64,000 nt of DNA from contig NC_043001.1 in assembly GCF_006345805.1 (NCBI RefSeq), positions 69,502,001-69,566,000 of the forward strand, written 5' to 3'. The stretch comes from Octopus sinensis. Its lineage: Eukaryota. A program made the position numbers and the translations under genes. The notes beneath the pieces are model-generated. The model had not been told where the DNA came from. It made no database searches and was given only the letters and a program-made list of their open reading frames with translations. This document shows, in pieces, positions 25,401 to 37,029 of this stretch; the stretch's first letter is position 1, and each line of letters starts with the position of its first letter.

Positions 25401-26420
25401 ACCCATCGTATAATATCCGGATGGAAACTATATGCTTGAAGCTTGACAAGTAATATAGACTCTAAGACACTTTTGCAAAGATACAGGTATAGAATTTGGC
25501 ATAGATTGGGACAAGTTGTCAACAACGAAGGTATCCAATTACCAGCTAGCCATACATTAAAACTATTGAAAGGAGGAGAGAGTTATAAGTATCTAGGAGT
25601 ATTAGAATCTGACAGAGTACTAACTACAGAAATGAAAATGAAAATTGAGAAGGAGTACATTAGATGGGTGAGGAAGCTAATGAAGTCAAAGCTAAATGAT
25701 ATGAATCTAGTGAAGGCTGTAAATACTTGGCCGCTATCGTTACTTAGATACTCAGCAGCTTTTGTATATAGGACAAAAACTGAATTAGCAAAGCTAAACA
25801 AAAGAACTAGGAAGGAATTCAATATGACTGGAGGACTCTACCCAAGGGCAGGACTAGTAAGATTATATCTACCTAGAAAAAAGACGAAAGAGGGCTAATA
25901 TCAGTAGAAGACTGCGTGGAGTTAGCTAGAGTAGATATAGATTCCTATATAGATAATCGTGAAGAAAGTTTATTTAAAGCTAGAGCCACCACACGATACA
26001 GGGAAACCAAAAACCCACACGAGATTAAAAACCAGAAGAAAAAAAAGACTGAAATTATATGACTGGCAGGAGAAGGCGTTGCGTGGTAGATTTCCAAAGA
26101 TAGTTTCAGCAAATAGTTATAGTGGGACATGTTTATGGTTGCAGAAGAGAAAGCTGAAGATGAAGACAGAAAAGTTGTTAGTAGCTGCACATGATCAAGT
26201 ATTAAATAGCGATTGGATTAAAGGGAAGATAGCCAAAAACCAAGTAGATTCCGAATTTAGATTATACAAATCAAAAGTGGAAAGTGTTATTTATATAGTA
26301 AGTGAATGTAGCATGCAGGCACAGAAATAATAAGCGAAGAGACATGACAATATAGGAAGAGTAATCCACTAGGAGCTATGTAGAAAGCTATGATTTCGAA
26401 TGGAATCATATGGTCAGTTC
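22430..26420 (+). mobile_element. Near-full-length, degenerate R4/Dong non-LTR retrotransposon interrupted by a CR1 insertion
   Basis: Broken-frame motifs in order: IVMLCYL..KRRGYRK; RIFQTNQKRFY..FWINIWD; KGPGLDFVRGHWLK..NYRPNTCL; KRGIFQGYSLSPL; HLLYMDDLKLF (YMDD); [insertion]; GIEFGID; YKYLGVLE; LYLPRK; AAHDQVL; IVSEC..KRRHD. Confidence 0.85.
24352..25450 (-). mobile_element. 5'-truncated CR1-clade LINE, open RT C-terminal frame, (TAAC)n tail
   Basis: Stop-free frame from ~25450 to 24434: SGVPQGSVLGPLLF, FADD, KDLGI, LVRPILEY, ERVQRLATR, LEKRRRRGDLI, WNKLP. About 65-80 nt of 3' UTR, then TAAC repeats at 24354-24370. Confidence 0.9.
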
Positions 26421-26469
26421 CACCGTGAAAATAACAACTTAAAAGACCAGGCAGAATCATAGAAGTAGC

Positions 26470-26930
26470 TTAGCAAGTGCGATCTTAGAAAGAGGGCTGA
26501 GAGTCTAATCAGTGCTGCCCAGGACTAGGCATTGAATACCAACTCTGCGAAAGTGATTTTCATCACACCGGTGCAACGAACCTAAGTAGAATGTGTGGCA
26601 AGAAAGTCGAAAGCGGTTCGAGTATTCTAGCAGTTCCAACCAGTGCTGATTTCTACAAGTACTCCACGCTTATTGTATCCCCAATTTCTTCCACGTACTT
26701 CTCGAGATGTTTGCTCACTGTTCCCAGGACTGCGACAATCATTGGTACTACTGTTACCTTTTTGATCGACCACAACTGCTTAACTTCCCAAGCTAACCTG
26801 TCATATCTCTCGGCGTTTCTTTCTTCCTTATCGCATACCTTGTTGTCAGCTGGGAATGTTATATCTATAATGCAGCATAGCTTGCTTTCTTTCTCAAATA
26901 AAGACTGTCCAGCTTCCTATTCTCTATTAT
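26470..26930. mobile_element. Two further R4/Dong fragments: + strand pre-CCHC piece (26470-26620) joined to a minus-strand RLE piece (26620-26930)
   Basis: + strand: DLRKE(G/A)ESLISAAQD..RMCGKKVES. Minus strand: LFEKESKLCCIIDITFPAD..ERYDRLAWEVKQLWSIKKVTVVPMIVAVLGTV. Confidence 0.7.
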
Positions 26931-26934
26931 TCTC

Positions 26935-26955
26935 CTATTATTATTACTACTATCT

Positions 26956-27001
<46 letters not shown>

Positions 27002-27021
27002 TACTACTACTACTACTACTG

Positions 27022-27058
<37 letters not shown>

Positions 27059-27221
27059 TACTACTTCTACTACTACTACTACTACTACTATTATTATTAT
27101 TGTTATTATTATTATTGTTATTATTATTATTGTTATTATTATTATTGTTATTATTATTATTGTTATTATTATTATTGTTATTATTATTATTGTTATTATT
27201 ATTATTGTTATTATTATTATT
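26935..27221. repeat. Compound microsatellite (TAC)n to (TAT)n with a 15-bp higher-order repeat (TGTTATTATTATTAT)x8
   Basis: TGT variants at 27101, 27116, ... 27206, exactly 15 bp apart. Confidence 0.9.
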
Positions 27222-27775
27222 GAGTGAGAGAGCAGTTCATGTCATCAAAGTGACACTGGGGTAAAATAAACGAAGCCCAATATACCCATCATGACTACCC
27301 GTCTAATAAGGGCACACCAGGCACATGCATCACAACCATATGTGCGCGACATGGTGATCTCATATCAAGATAAACAGCACATGACCTTGCAGGTGGCGCC
27401 CAGTTAGAATTTTCTTCAGGTTGAGTAGCCCATCCCGCTCAAACGGTCCCTGAATAAGGGTTGTTTAAGGATGTTGAAAAAACCACCCATGTCTCCAGAG
27501 GTGAATTATTCAAACCCCAAAGAATCCCTCTCAACACATGGCTATGATGCTCCCCCACTACGTCTGCTCGTGATCAGAGATGCACATATCGTCAGCCACT
27601 AAAGGACATGCTCAACTGGTTACGGTCAAACAACTGACAAGCAAATCTGTGGTATTGAGCAGAATATTTGCTGTAGCCCATCTTTTATACCAAGACAAAA
27701 CAATGTACATGATAACACTTCCAATCAGTTAAGATCAGAAGCCATGAGAGCCACTGCCTGGTACTGCATCAGGGC
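27222..27775 (-). repeat. Full copy of the ~555-bp (AAT)n-associated element
   Basis: Reverse complement of 19047-19600, flanked by (TAT)n on both sides. Confidence 0.9.
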
Positions 27776-27812
<37 letters not shown>

Positions 27813-27915
27813 AACATCAACATCATCGTTATCATCACTTTCATCGAACATGTGTTGTAAGCGATTATTCTGTGAACAATGACTGACCTAGATTTGTAAT
27901 TTATCATGTTTTAAG

Positions 27916-29990
27916 TGAACGCCATCTTTCCAAGATCCCCAAACACTTTATCTAAACAAGAATGCATTGATTCATATCAGGTGTCGTTTAAAAGTAAGCT
28001 ATAAAACGTTACATTAAAATTTGCTGATATATAACATATCAATTAATATTTATGAGGTCGAGCTAAAATAAAATCGAATTATTATTATATCAGATAACAA
28101 AACAACAGCGTAATTGTCTCAGTTTGAATATGTCCCAACTGAACACAGGGGAAAATATTTGTTATGCAAATATGTCGAGCTACGTATAGCAAAAAATACT
28201 AAGGCCCAAACTGCAACTTCAGTATAGTCCGTATCATATTTCGCATCAATGTGTCAAATAGCTTGTAACAGTTTTCGAAGTAAATAATATTTCACTTTCA
28301 CTTGTCCACTTTAATCATAAAAAAAAACTTCGTACGTATCAACAGTTTTTGGCGTATATATATAGTAATTTAAAGCGTCGAAGATGGAAACTGTATGTCC
28401 CTGAACAGCTCGCTGAAAATAGCAAGGGAGTGACACTCTCCTAATGTCTTTATAAGCAGAAGAGAAAGACAAGTGTATTTACGTCATTGTTATTCTGGAT
28501 ACAATAATACAAATACAAAGTGATCTATTTAAACCTGTTGGAATGTAAGATTGCTGCGTCAAAGATTACCTGGGATTAAACAGCAGCAACAAGATGGAGA
28601 AATATATGCAAACTCCATGGAATACAGGTGTTCTAGGGAATGCATGGACTGTAAGAACTCCATGGATATTTAAACTCCATACGATGTAATTGCTCCATGT
28701 AATCCATCTGTTTGAAGTTTTATATGATTACTCGCACAATATTTTATTGTGTAATTCAATTATATATTTTAAATAGCAAAGCATTTGCAATTTTGTACAA
28801 AGTGATTTGGATTTCTTATATAGAAATGAATAAAATTTCTTCTTACAATATTTCTCCTCGTGTAGTAGGAATATGAAAAAAACTTTTCTGGAATTTAAAA
28901 AGCATCCAAATAATAAATGTGCCTTGTGTGAAAATCGAACACTGAAATTAACTTCAGGCACTTGAAAGTGTTAATCAAATTCACCAGTCTAGAATGACCT
29001 GTGAAGTCCTTCCTCCACGCACAACATGTAAAGACAAAAATATAGTTTTGGTTAAAGGGGAGAGAAATCATTATGTAAGTAACTATCTGTAACATGAGTT
29101 TTTTAAAACATATTCCTGCTAGTTCAATTGTTATTCCCTCTTATCTCTGCACTGATAAATTAATTCCATTGTCAAAGAAGTTCTTGCCTCTATTATTATT
29201 TAATCTTATTCTTCGGACGTAGTAGTTATTGATTATGATTTCTCAACTTTCGGGTTACAAATTTTCTGCTGTAATACATTACCTTTGGATTTATTAATTT
29301 TGAAAACTTAATAACAAACACGTATGTATTAAGATGGCGTTTGGAATACCAATTAACATGGAATGGTGATGGGTGATTTACTTCAGGTTATTATAAAAGA
29401 GGAAATTTGAATCTTATTACTCGGGGAAGTCACAGACGGATTGGTATCGTAAGTGTTAAAGATGTTATAATTTTGAGAGATATATCCTTGTTACTACTAT
29501 CATGTGAAGTGATCACGATGTCTGTTTAAATCTACATCTAATCTGCACACTTAACTCTGAACCCATACATACATCTGTCATATCTACAATAGATCTAAAA
29601 TAACACTCTAAGGAATAATACATAAATGTTCTATCCCGATTCAAAATTACTTCACACATACTTTATTTTATTTTATTACACTTGGGATAATTATTCACTT
29701 TACGGTGTCATCAAATACTTCTTTGCTTGAAATGAAAAAAAAAACTGAATTTTTTATTATTATTATTTTATCTTGTATTAAGTGTACTTTAAGCTCTTTC
29801 ACACAGGTGAAAGAAGCACACGTGGAATATACTGTCAACAATACTGACAATGATATAACTGGTACTAGTTTTAACGACAAAACAAAGATGCCACGCAAAG
29901 ACGTTCAGTAATTATAAAATATTGACAGATTTGTTTTTATTCCAGATGAACAATTGTTCAAGCTTCCAGATAGTGTCCTGCATTCTTATA
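27916..29990 (+). CDS. Candidate host gene exons, product unknown (27916-27993, 28958-29078, 29387-29448, 29807-29861, 29946-?)
   Basis: Pyrimidine-rich acceptors (ttttaag, cttcag, cttcag, ctttcacacag, tttttattccag) and gtaag-type donors. Each segment is open in only one or two frames. The last four splice in phase: ALESVNQIHQ...GERNHYVSYYKRGNLNLITRGSHRRIGIVKEAHVEYTVNNTDNDITDEQLFKLPDSVLHSY. Confidence 0.4.
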
Positions 29991-30037
29991 TGTTACAATA
30001 TATTGTATATATTTATGTATATATATGCATATATATA

Positions 30038-30080
<43 letters not shown>

Positions 30081-30081
<1 letters not shown>

Positions 30082-30630
30082 TTGATTAATGAGAGAGACG
30101 GAAGATGGAAGATACGAGAATGTTTATTGTCTGTTGCAGTTGTTTCGACGCATCTAACATCAATCAGTTACGGGCTGGGATACTGAGCATCTGGTTTGGG
30201 TGTATCTGTCAGTTGGTATAGATGTGTCTCCTCAGTTGATTACAAGATGTATCTCGTTAAAATAACACCTGTTCCGCAAGATTGTTTCTCAGTATGTATA
30301 TGCAAAAGCAACAAATTAAGGAATACAACTTCATTATTATAGAAGATTAATAACAAATATCAGATGCAAAAATAAATCCCAAAAAACAAATACACAATTA
30401 TTAGTAGATATGGAATAATACATAAATATCCTAACCTATTCAGAATTACTGCTCACATACTTAATCTTACTTCATCATTCTTCAGACATAATCATTCACT
30501 TGACGATGCCATCAAATTCTTCTTTGTTTGAAATGTAAAAACTAAATTATATATCTTGAGAAATGGAGGCTAGACGGGTCGAAAACATTCTAGTGATCAA
30601 TATTCTCTTCCATCTCTCTCATTAATCAAA
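30081..30630. mobile_element. 550-bp element with 24-bp terminal inverted repeats (MITE-like), next to (TA)n
   Basis: TTTGATTAATGAGAGAGACGGAAG (30081-30104) versus CTTCCATCTCTCTCATTAATCAAA (30607-30630): 23/24 complementary. No clear TSD. Confidence 0.6.
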
Positions 30631-30708
30631 TGCCAAACGAATACTGAGTAAGTGAGCGTGTTTTACGGTAAACTATCAGGTACGTACTGTACTATTTATT
30701 AACTAATA

Positions 30709-30774
<66 letters not shown>

Positions 30775-30776
30775 GT

Positions 30777-30809
<33 letters not shown>

Positions 30810-31591
30810 AACAACAATACTAATAATAATAATAAACTTTTCCACTGAAACACGAGGTCTCGAATTTGGGGGTGGGATTAAGTCGATTACATCGACAGTT
30901 AACAATTAAACATGATAATTGTCGATTCCATCGACAATTAACAATAAAACACGATAAATATAAAAAGAAATATTGTTATAATATCGTTGCTGGGTCTAAG
31001 CTTAAGGAATTGACCAAACTTAATGTTAGTATAAGAGGGAAATAGTTAGAAAAGGAAGTAAAGTAGTTAAATTAAATAATGAAAATTAGAAAAGTTTTTA
31101 AAATACATATCAAAATATAATATAATATACATGAATTGAAAAGTGAGCAGACAGCTGAAGATATCAATATTAAACCAACGGATCGTCTTGAACAAAAGTA
31201 CATAGATATCTATATACGCATATGAGTGTACATATGCATATAGATGCATATATACTCTCATATAATCATATTCACATACACACATACAGCGTATAAATAC
31301 ACGTAAATTGACACACACACATATTTACACACTCGCACATATTTACACACACACATTCACACATATAAATATATATGCGTACATACAAATATGCATTTAT
31401 ACATACACATTCGCATGCTTACATATTCATCTTACTTACATATGTGTAGATTATAAATATATATGTACTAAAATCATACACGCACAGACCAATATAAATG
31501 CAAACAAACCTGCCTCTTTTACAATTTTATATATCCATCCCTGAAATTAAACAGATATGTTTACGTATATATGCATACGCATTAGAATAAC

Positions 31592-31666
<75 letters not shown>

Positions 31667-32849
31667 ATATACATATAACGGGAAGGTTTACGAAAATGAA
31701 CAAAAGACGAAGGCAGGTGGAGTACAAACAAACAAATGTATTAGTATGGCGCTCAGGAATAGAAATAGGACAAGTCTTTTGGTTCCATGTATAAATTTTT
31801 CGATATGCATACATACTTAGACACGTGCATTTCTTATGTGTGCAAATGTGTGGTGTCTGTATGTGTGTCCGAGTAGATACATATATGTCCATTTCTGTTT
31901 GTAGCAGGAAAATTGAAAATAGATATTTCAAAATGGCAATTTCATCAAAATAGCTTAGCGTTAAGTAACGCAGTACAAGTGCGTGTAACCTAGCAATAAG
32001 AAGGATAATAAAAAAATCGAATTTGCTTTTGGGTAGGGAGATGAAACCATTAGAAACCATTAAAAGAACAGGAAAAAGAACAAATATTCGGAATGTTATG
32101 GAGGGATGCTATATAAAGTGAACTAAAATAAAATAGTGATATAAGTTTCTAGTAATTCAGCAGAAAAGACGATAAGGAAATACAATGCAAGCAACGAAAT
32201 GGTTTGAGTAAAGAATTATTTAAATAACGTGTGAAAATATAGGGCTTTAAAATTAATATTTAAAACAATCATTAGCACTGATACACAGGGGAACTCGATG
32301 ATAGAACGAAATAACGAAATATAATCTTATATGAATGAGAATAAAAATTAATTAGAAAGAAAGGTAGACACAATTAAAAGGCTAATGAAAGTGCATTTTT
32401 GTTTGATTATATGCATACGCACATACGTAAGTTCATACATACCTACACATATACATACATATATACATGCATACATACATACACATAATACATACATACA
32501 TACACATACATACATACATACATACATACATAACCATTAAACTTTCACAAAAAGCAAGAAATACTCGTTTTAAAGAGAAAAAGAGCATAATAAACTAAAA
32601 CGGATTCTTGAAATTTAATCTATAATCTATTACTGGCTCAGTGAAGATTTGCTAGCCATTTCAAAAATTCTTCATCTGAGATTCTTATGTTGATACGCAC
32701 TTGTTGGGTGTGTGTATCGTCTGTTCAACTAACACACAAACTCTACTTATTTAGAAACACCGAGAATTTTCCTACCTCCAAAAGTCCTTTCGCTTTGTTA
32801 GCGACTGGGATGAAGCTTCTCAAGAACTTAAATTAACTCAAAGAAAGAT

Positions 32850-34000
32850 CATGCACAAATACTTACATACATCATGGCGTCAGATTCCGATACTTTGACA
32901 TAGAGGACTATTCATACTCCGGGATAATGACTGTGCCACACAACCAAGCAAAATCACTCTGCTAAAAAAGCACAAATATTAATAATCCTATCAACGATAC
33001 ATTAAATGACTTCTGCGAAAAAGCTGTGAATGACAAGAAGCACGACCAAGACGAACGCAGCAGTAACAAGCCGGTACGAGTACATAGATATATAGCAACC
33101 GCTTACAGTCTCACAAAAAGCATGTGCGGAATATAAGATACTAAAATCCCAGCTGGCATCAAATTTCAGGCAGAATTTCACTACTTTTATACATAGGGCC
33201 CTGAATGAGAGAACTATACCGATACAATTAGGGAAAAAAAGCCATCGACCTGATACAAAGCTAAAAATGAGTTCCCGAACCACCAGCTACGACTGCATGA
33301 TAGATTCACCAAACTGTACGGAAAATTCCGCCTAGAAACATTCACAACCAAATTGATTACCCTGAAACACGATCTGCAGAGGTTAAATGAAAATTTTCTT
33401 TATCCGTAAATATTACAGGAACGAAGAGTGATAACCGAAATTTTGCCCGAAACCTCAAAACTGTACGTTGCAATATGAAAAGCGATAACGTCAAGGCAGT
33501 AAATGCTCCACTCAAGGTAGAACTGGAGCCATTTTGGTGAGGAATTTGGGAGGTAAACAAGAACAGCATGGTTAAACGAAATATGTTAGTATTGTGTAAA
33601 CGCTTCAACCAAAATCGTATAACATTGCCAGTGAATCACTGTGACGATTGATATGAAACTGCCAAATCGAAAATATCCTTGTAGAAATTTGATAATAGGT
33701 TACTGATACAAAATAGCTCACGTTCTGGAGTCTGGGGTTGAACATATCTCAAGAACATATCTCACAATGCTTTTACAGTGCCACTGACAGTACCAACATC
33801 TTCAGCGTTGGATAGGAATTAATGTGCAGGCACTCTGAGGAAACAACTTTCTAACGTGATCCAAAGATGGTTGGACTGGTCCACTTAAACAGAAGCTTGG
33901 AGAAGAAGCACATCATACCAGCAAAAAGTAATACTTGGGTATGTATCCCATTAGCTAGAACGTAACAAGAACCTTAAGAGCAAGAGTAGTTAGAGAATAA
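32850..34000 (+). mobile_element. Highly degenerate R4/Dong remnant
   Basis: ELEPFW*GIW and KLPNRKYPCRNLIIGY*YK resemble the Dong FWxxIW and MPNWKAPGPDGIQGYWYK blocks. Confidence 0.4.
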
Positions 34001-36953
34001 CATACTCTTTTTTCCTATGTCCTTCAAAAGAAATACGGTGTTGTCGTTGCCCTTCTGATTAAACTATACATGGAAATAAAATGACCACCTGACAACGAAC
34101 ATGAATAATGTAGATAAAATTGACTATATAACTGTCATTTTGTAAATATATTAATACATGCATAGAAGCATACGTATGTATATTTATACTTATATTCCTA
34201 TGTGTAGTTGTATGTAGGTATATATTTAGATATTTATGCAGTGCATATTTCTGATTTTAGGCAGGTATGTGTGCATGTTTCTACATATGAATGTGAAAGC
34301 GTCGAACATTGCCAATTCGTGTGGTACGTCGTGTATATAAGGAAGGTATTTCTTTTACTGTTTCTCATTTTTATCTGGCTGAAAATGGGGACATGCCTAG
34401 TATTCCCGCTGATCAGGTTTCCCCCAGCTCATCATACTCGACGTTAGGATGGGTTACATATGAGAAGGTGGATAGTGGGGCCGGGATATATGTCCGTGGC
34501 TGCATAGGCAATGAAATCAGTTAGCGAAGGCGTGGTGCATCTAATCTAGTGCGAGGGATAATCCTTGTGCATGTACAAATGATTGCCTCACGAAAGTGCT
34601 AGTTATCCTTCCTGAATATTTGCTGTCAGTTAGGGTCTTTCTTAATCATCTTTATTTCCCCTATCTCACCCACGAGTCAGTGAAAAATGAAAGACAAAGG
34701 CTTTCAAACCATTCACTAGTGGTTACATATATCATAATGATAATGTATAAAGGCAGGGTTCCTAACCACCAACGCCTATGCAGACCGCTGAATGATGCCA
34801 CTACCTTACGCATCCTCTGAAACCTCCCACATTTGCCTCCATAAATATGGTATGCTCTCACAAACACAGACACTGTTATAATTAGCGGCCTGAAACTCAC
34901 TCTCATCTGCATTTTTTTTCTGTTGGTATTATGTGCAAAGGATCAAATGAAACATTAATGACATCAGTCTGGATGGTCTGAAAGGAGATTGTTCCATGTA
35001 CATCATGTAATAAAAGCAATAGTTCTTGTACTTAATCATTTGAATGTACAAACAGTTACCAATTTCCTTGCATACACAACTAGATACACCCATACGCACA
35101 CAAATGTGCATGCACGCAAACCCACATACGCATGCACACACAAACACGCACACTTATATACATACCCGTATAAAATATCAATATTTTGTTTCATGTAGCC
35201 TACTGTATAACTGTAGAATACATGGATAATAAACATTCGCATAAAGAGAGATGACAGTGACTTCGAAGCTGCTACCTACTATTCTCTGCATTTATATAGG
35301 CGTCAGACATCCAATGTTGCGTTCACTAATGTAGTATAACATCTAAATAGTATAAATTATGCATTATACCAACTCTGGGGGTTATTTTAACCCAGTCTTA
35401 ACGTCGTTTTTAGTACCAATTGCATTATATGTGTGTTTGTGTGTGTGTGTTCGTATACATATGTGCATTTATCTATTTGTAAACATATATTATGCGAGTG
35501 AAAGAGAATGTAATAGCATATCTCTATCTTCTGGTAATTGGAGTTTTCGCACGATGCTATATCTATTCAATCGTTCCGATAAATATCTTTTCTCTGCGAC
35601 TTTGGATGCATGGGAAATGATTGGTTGACAGTAGGATCAACGCCAATATGTTGTAACGAGCAGTGAAATATCTCAATACACGGTCTGGTAGCTCTAGACA
35701 TGTGAATGTGAGAATGTCTCTCAATCCCCTTATTTGCATACTGATGTTATATGTAATGCATTAGATTAATGACATAACAGCACACACATACGATACACAC
35801 ACGCACGCATATGCAGATATATATGTCTCTCATGCATTATGGTTTCGTATTCCACCTTAAATTTCCTCCTTTATACGTATTCATTTTAGTGTCATCCGTA
35901 TGTTGAATGATTCATTATTCATAAGTTTTTTTCTTTTCCTGAATAGTGTTTAGTAGACAATTCAAGAAGAACCTGAAAGTGTATTAAAATATTCAATACT
36001 GATTAATGGAAAAGTCGTTCACACACATATTCAGAAGAAAACACACAGTTACACATATATACCAATCTATAGTCACAACCATATCATTCTTTTAGCACGC
36101 TTTATCTCTATAGCATTCGCAATTTATTTATCGAACAATATATATATACACACACACAAGAATATGCATGTGTGTGTATGTGTTTATGTATGTATAAATG
36201 TATGTATATGATTTCATTGGTTTCAACCATTGCACAATGACCATTGCCGGGGAACAAAATTAATAAACATGGCCGATGCGCAGTCACTGTAACGAACACG
36301 CCACAAACATGCGTGAATATATACATACAGATATAGGTAACACGTATATATATATAGATATGTGTGTGTGTGTGTGTGTAGATATATATCTATGGAGTCA
36401 ATAACACGCGCGGGCGCGCACACATCCTCATGTGTGTGTATATTTACATACATGCCAGCTCAATTTTACTCGTTCTCAGTGGAAAGACGCCTGTTATTTC
36501 TTGTTTGTATTCGTAATTGGGTACCATGTTCTCCGTTATTGTTTGTTTTTTTTTTCGTCTTTGTTGCCGTATACATTCGCTAGTTTTCTTACAAAGGGAT
36601 CTAATGCTCTTAGCTTCGACTTTTTGGGGGGCAACAAGATCGAACCATCTCAAGTATAACTGCTGGAAATGGTCTTGACTTCTGAGACTTGACTAATGAA
36701 AGAAAGCGAAGAATGACCGATTGTTTTGCCTGTCCTTCTAATTATTGTTTCTCTTGTCCGTTCCATTTTATATACATGCATAGATACACAAACACACACA
36801 CACACGCGCACACACACACACACGCACACACACATACACACACACACACACACACACCACACACACACATATATATATATATATACATTTTCACATGGAA
36901 ATAGACGTGTGACGTTCAAATAATAATAATAATAAATTATATATATATATACA

Positions 36954-37026
<73 letters not shown>

Positions 37027-37029
37027 AGT

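Noticed and set aside
19047-27775. CRISPR-like or ribozyme reading of the 555-bp repeats
   Set aside because: Long repeat units separated by microsatellites, not short repeats with unique spacers. The internal CTGAAGA lacks a GAAA and helices, and no HDV-like fold could be built by eye.
30135-30175. Hammerhead-like CTGATTGA...GAAAC on the minus strand
   Set aside because: Core has an insertion and helices I and II do not form.
34309-34524. 71-aa protein-like ORF
   Set aside because: No recognisable motif, splice context or repeat identity.
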